Shown piece after piece: positions 61,320-64,000 of a stretch of 64,000 bases of DNA. A model generated the notes under the pieces. That model saw only the letters and a list, made by a program, of their open reading frames with translations. It was not told the origin of the DNA and did not search any database. Both the position numbers and the translations under genes were made by a program. The DNA comes from Fistulifera solaris (Eukaryota): the NCBI GenBank assembly GCA_030295235.1, contig AP026158.1:124001-188000 (forward strand), given 5' to 3'. How positions within the stretch are numbered: position 1 is the first letter of the stretch; every line of letters starts with the position of its first letter.

Positions 61320-61930
61320 ATGCGCGTTGTATTGCTCTTGTGGCTCTCCTGCTACTCGTGGGCTTGGAATAATCCAATTCTAACACGACGTGCGTGGGCT
61401 ACTTTCACAGCCAGTAGTAGTAGTGGTAGTTTGTTTCTGCCCCTCGCGGCCTCAGCAGCCACAACACCCCCAGTATTACTACTGGACGAATTGAAAGAAT
61501 GCAAAATCAAATTAGAACCCATTCCGGAAATGTTGGAACAAATGGAATGGGATAAAGTTCGATCCATTCTCAAGGTACCACCCGTGAACAAATTATGGAA
61601 TCTCGGTGATGTAAGTATTTTTTGTTGTTGTTATTGTAGTAGTAGTGTAATCCCAACCCACCCACTCCCACTCACCTTTATCTTTTGAAAAAGTCCCAAA
61701 ATACCGTCGTCCAATTGGCCAAACAAGCCGGTAGTATTGAATTGTTGGAACTCAAAGATGATTTGGCGTTGACGTTGCAATTGTGTGATCAATACACGTA
61801 CAACAATGCCTTTGTTTACTTCCAACCGGGCAATGGCAAATACAATATTAAAGAACCACAACAATTGGCCCGGAAAGCGATGCAACAAATTCAAGAGATT
61901 GTGGATTTGGTGGAAACCGATGGGTCTTGA
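61320..61930 (+). CDS. Probable thylakoid-lumen protein (signal peptide, twin-Arg, AxA); intron 61611-61693
   Basis: Signal ending SWA-W, TRR followed by a hydrophobic stretch and ASA; helical mature region (WDKVRSIL); in-frame GT-AG join. Confidence 0.65.
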
Positions 61931-62503
61931 AAATTCTCGTCAAAGACATATCAACCCCGAAAGGTTGAACGAACGAAGGCAGTCACGATCACTGTCTTGT
62001 CGTTGTATCTGGCAAGGCTGTAACTTTGTTTTGCTGGGTTTATAGAAATCTTGGTCTTGAAATGAAGTAAAACACAAAAGAATAATGAAAGAATTATCGA
62101 CCTAATACCATGCTACTCCGTAATCCGTAGTCCGTAATAAATTATAGGGTACTTGTACCAGGTATCTTGTATAGGGTTCAAGATTCTTCTCATTTATTTG
62201 GTTTTTGGTTCGTACTACGTACGTACGTAGATCGTTCCGAGTTCCAAGCTGACGTCTCCCATGGAAATTCGGATCCTCTCGGGAATGCTGAGTCCCGGTA
62301 GACAGTGACACAAGGAGTAGAGTCGCCGTAGCGTCGTTTTTTTGTTCTGTTTTTCGGTTCTGTTCGGCCGAAACTCATTTTCTCGTTTTTGAGCGAACCG
62401 TGACAATAGCAGTGAGAAGCTTTTGCCTCATTCTATTCTTCTACTTCTTGTTTTTCACACCTCTTTTGCTTCCATTCATTGAATCATTCCCTTTTCCTTT
62501 ATA

Positions 62504-64000
62504 ATGTTCAAGTTGATTACTCTACTACGAGTGTTAAGTGTGTTGATTGTTTCGCTGGAACCAGTGTCGACGTTTCCGACGCAACATCGACGACACGGAA
62601 TTCTTCCAAATAATAACGTAAGAAAAGGAACCAACGATTTCCTTTTACTACAGTAAGTTCGCTCTCATGTTTCGAAGAATACGCTCTGGTATGATTGTCT
62701 CACCTTTGTTTTTTATTTATATATATATATATGACGACGCCAGACCTTGGACGACACGGCTGCAGAATTCGAACGACAATGACCACGACAACGAATCATC
62801 ATCATCATCATCATCATCACCGCTTCCCATATTACGATTCTCCAACATCACACTATCGACGACGAAACAATACTTAACGACAACCTGGAATGACCGCATT
62901 GTACCGACGTGGGATCGCGTCAAAGTATCCGTCTTTTCCTTTGGTGCTGGTTTAGTCTTTGCCACGTTTGCGCTCTTTGTCCCCATTTGGACTTCCACGC
63001 CTTTCAGCGACAACAAACTCTTTCAACCCGTCACCTTGTTTGAAACCATTTTGAGTGATTTGGAAACCACCTACGTGGATCCCGTCGATACACAACAATT
63101 GTTTCAAACCGGTATTCAAGCCATGTTGCAATCCTTGGATCCCTATACGGAATTTGAAGCCAATAAGGAAGAAGCACAGAATGTTATGGAATCAATTGAT
63201 GGAAAGTATGGAGGAGTCGGATTGGTTATTGCGGGCACGACCAAGTCGGGGGCGGCGGCGGCGGCTACCTCGAACAGTGGCGCAGACACCCAATCAGCCG
63301 ATGATGTCGTACGGGATGTCAGCAGTACTACGGTGGGGACTTCTTTATTACAAGACGACGACGACGACGAAATGGACGAAGACGAGGATGAATTTGATTA
63401 TCAAGTGCGTCAACAAGAAAAACGGCGTTACGAACAAGCTGCTGCGAAAGGAATTCGCGTCGTGAAAGCGTTTGAAGGATACGCGTTCGATTATGGCCTA
63501 CGACCCGGGGATCGATTATTAGCGGTCGATGATCAAATTTTAGACGATAAGACGGTCGAACAAGTCCGCAACGTCCTCCGTGGAACACCAGGGAGTCCCG
63601 TGACGATTCAATTCCAACGAGATGGTGTCGAAGGAATTCAAACCGTCACCATGCCACGACAAGTCGTCCGTATCAATGATGTCAAGTTGGCGACCTTACT
63701 GCATCCGAACGACAATGACCCATCGGTGGGTTACATTCGCGTCAGTGCCTTTTCGAGTGACACAGGCGCCGAGGTCCGTCAAGCCATCTTGAACTTGCAA
63801 CGGGCGGTGGAAGACGCCTCGCACGGCGAGCGCACTTTGGAAAACTTGATTTTGGATTTGCGCGGCAATCCGGGAGGCTTGTTGACGTCAGCTGTCGATG
63901 TGTGCTCGTTGTTTGCTCCCAAGGGGAGTGACATTGTCAGTGCCAAAGGACGGGGCTTTCCGGGTATTTTGTACCGCAGTCGCGTGGATCCCCTCGTCGA
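62504..64000 (+). CDS. C-terminal processing protease (CtpA-like, S41 with PDZ), partial; intron 62653-62743
   Basis: Signal plus ST-F; MLQSLDPYT, YGGVGL, GLRPGDRLLAVD (PDZ), VGYIRV..F, LILDLRGNPGGLL; runs off the window end. Confidence 0.88.

Noticed and set aside
1..64000. Prokaryotic origin, or RNA genes and mobile elements
   Set aside because: Spliceosomal introns and eukaryote-specific genes occur throughout. No tRNA, rRNA, reverse transcriptase or transposase signature was recognised by eye; covariance and repeat searches could not be run.

Overview
Gene-dense eukaryotic nuclear DNA, very probably from a diatom. Evidence: short GT-AG introns, bipartite plastid presequences, RxL propeptide motifs, a diatom-type cyclin and a signal-peptide SET protein. 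About 35 genes or gene remnants are supported. Housekeeping genes include VPS37, TVP23, YIPF1-like, TRM3/TARBP1, a DEAD-box helicase, Sec14, a CtpA-like protease and kinesin-14. Many ORFs are broken by single-base indels in homopolymers, most likely uncorrected long-read errors, so gene models were rejoined by eye. Main points of interest: (1) a ~2000-aa plastid-targeted, apparently disordered protein with a 348-bp x ~8.5 tandem array carrying repeated FSP and YLxxL motifs, a candidate pyrenoid/Rubisco linker or scaffold; (2) a co-oriented cluster of five RxL-processed, putatively GPI-anchored surface proteins, three sharing an unrecognised 14-Cys domain, next to a secretory SET methyltransferase; (3) three non-catalytic CBM6-like secreted proteins, one with a Lys/Gly-rich tail; (4) a NudE-like/kinesin-14 fusion; (5) an SDR triplet whose third copy lacks the catalytic Lys; (6) a recurrent intergenic palindrome TACCWGGTA. 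No rRNA, tRNA, CRISPR or transposon was recognised. All family assignments are by eye from motifs; no database search was run.
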